From Chiloscyllium plagiosum (Eukaryota), in NCBI RefSeq assembly GCF_004010195.1, contig NC_057734.1, positions 23,303,423 through 23,367,422 of the forward strand: a DNA stretch of 64,000 nt. The letters are read 5' to 3'. Below, piece by piece: positions 63,276-64,000 of this stretch. The notes beneath the pieces were generated by a model. That model was not told where the DNA came from, made no database searches, and was given only the letters and a program-made list of their open reading frames with translations. Within the stretch, counting starts at the first letter, position 1; each line of letters starts with the position of its first letter. Both the position numbers and the translations under genes were made by a program.

Positions 63276-64000
63276 TCTCAATGTTTCTAAGCAAAATCAA
63301 TCCACCTGAAATACTCTTAAGGAATAGGTTTGGAAAACCAGTTGATCCAAATCTAGAATGTTGTGGGGTTTTGTTTGACTTGGGTTTTTGTTTCCAGTGC
63401 AAGTGGAAGCTGTAACTTTTTTTTTCAAAGAACAAAATACAAAACCATTGGGGAAAATGTCAATGTTGTAACAGCAGAGGGACAAGAGTAGGCCATTCAG
63501 TCCCTTGACCCTGTTCCACCACTCAAGATCATGGTTGATCTGTGGCCTAACTCCATATCTCTGCCTTTAGCCCATATCACCTAATATGTTTGCTTAACAA
63601 AAATTTAAATATAACAACTGATCAAGTATCCACTGTCACGTGTGGAGGAAAGTTCCAAACCCCTACCACCCTTTGCAATCAGAAATGCTTCTAACATCTC
63701 TCCTGAACGATCTGGCCATAATTCTCAGACTATTACTCCACTAATTCTCAGCTTCCCAACCAATGAATACCTACCCATTAATCCTATTTTCTGTTGCCTG
63801 CCATTCAACCAATCTCCTATCCACGTCAGTAATTTGCCCTCAATTCCATAGGCTTCTACCTTAGTTAACAGTCTTTTATGTGAGACTTCAAATGCCTTCT
63901 GGAAGTTCACATAAACAACATCTAGCCCAGTCCATTACTTTAGTCACCTCTTCAAAAAAAAATTCAGTAAGATTTGTTAGGCATAACATACCTGTTATGA

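Overview
Vertebrate genomic DNA, not prokaryotic. It is AT-rich, intron-dominated and repeat-dense, and the repeat repertoire (HE1/V-SINE-like tRNA SINEs, CR1 LINEs, Penelope-like elements) suggests a cartilaginous fish (inference). Two genes lie head-to-head around a short CpG-rich bidirectional promoter at ~37.95-38.4 kb. CCDC157 is on the - strand (4 coding exons, continuing off the window start). SF3A1, a U2 snRNP subunit, is on the + strand (coding exons 1-7, continuing off the window end). All exon phases join in frame with GT-AG introns. The introns carry a near-full-length Penelope element with a target-site duplication (TSD), a Gmr1-type Gypsy LTR element (PR-INT-RT-RH order, tRNA-Pro PBS, 4-bp TSD), a decayed Copia, many CR1/L2 LINEs, SINEs and TA-flanked MITEs. 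The most notable signal is about a dozen minimal type-I hammerhead-ribozyme motifs from at least three Penelope-related families. Several sit in short non-coding foldback insertions with 16-18-bp TSDs. Most ORFs in the supplied track are spurious or TE fragments. Gene and family assignments rest on recalled motifs, not database searches, and repeat boundaries without TSDs are approximate.
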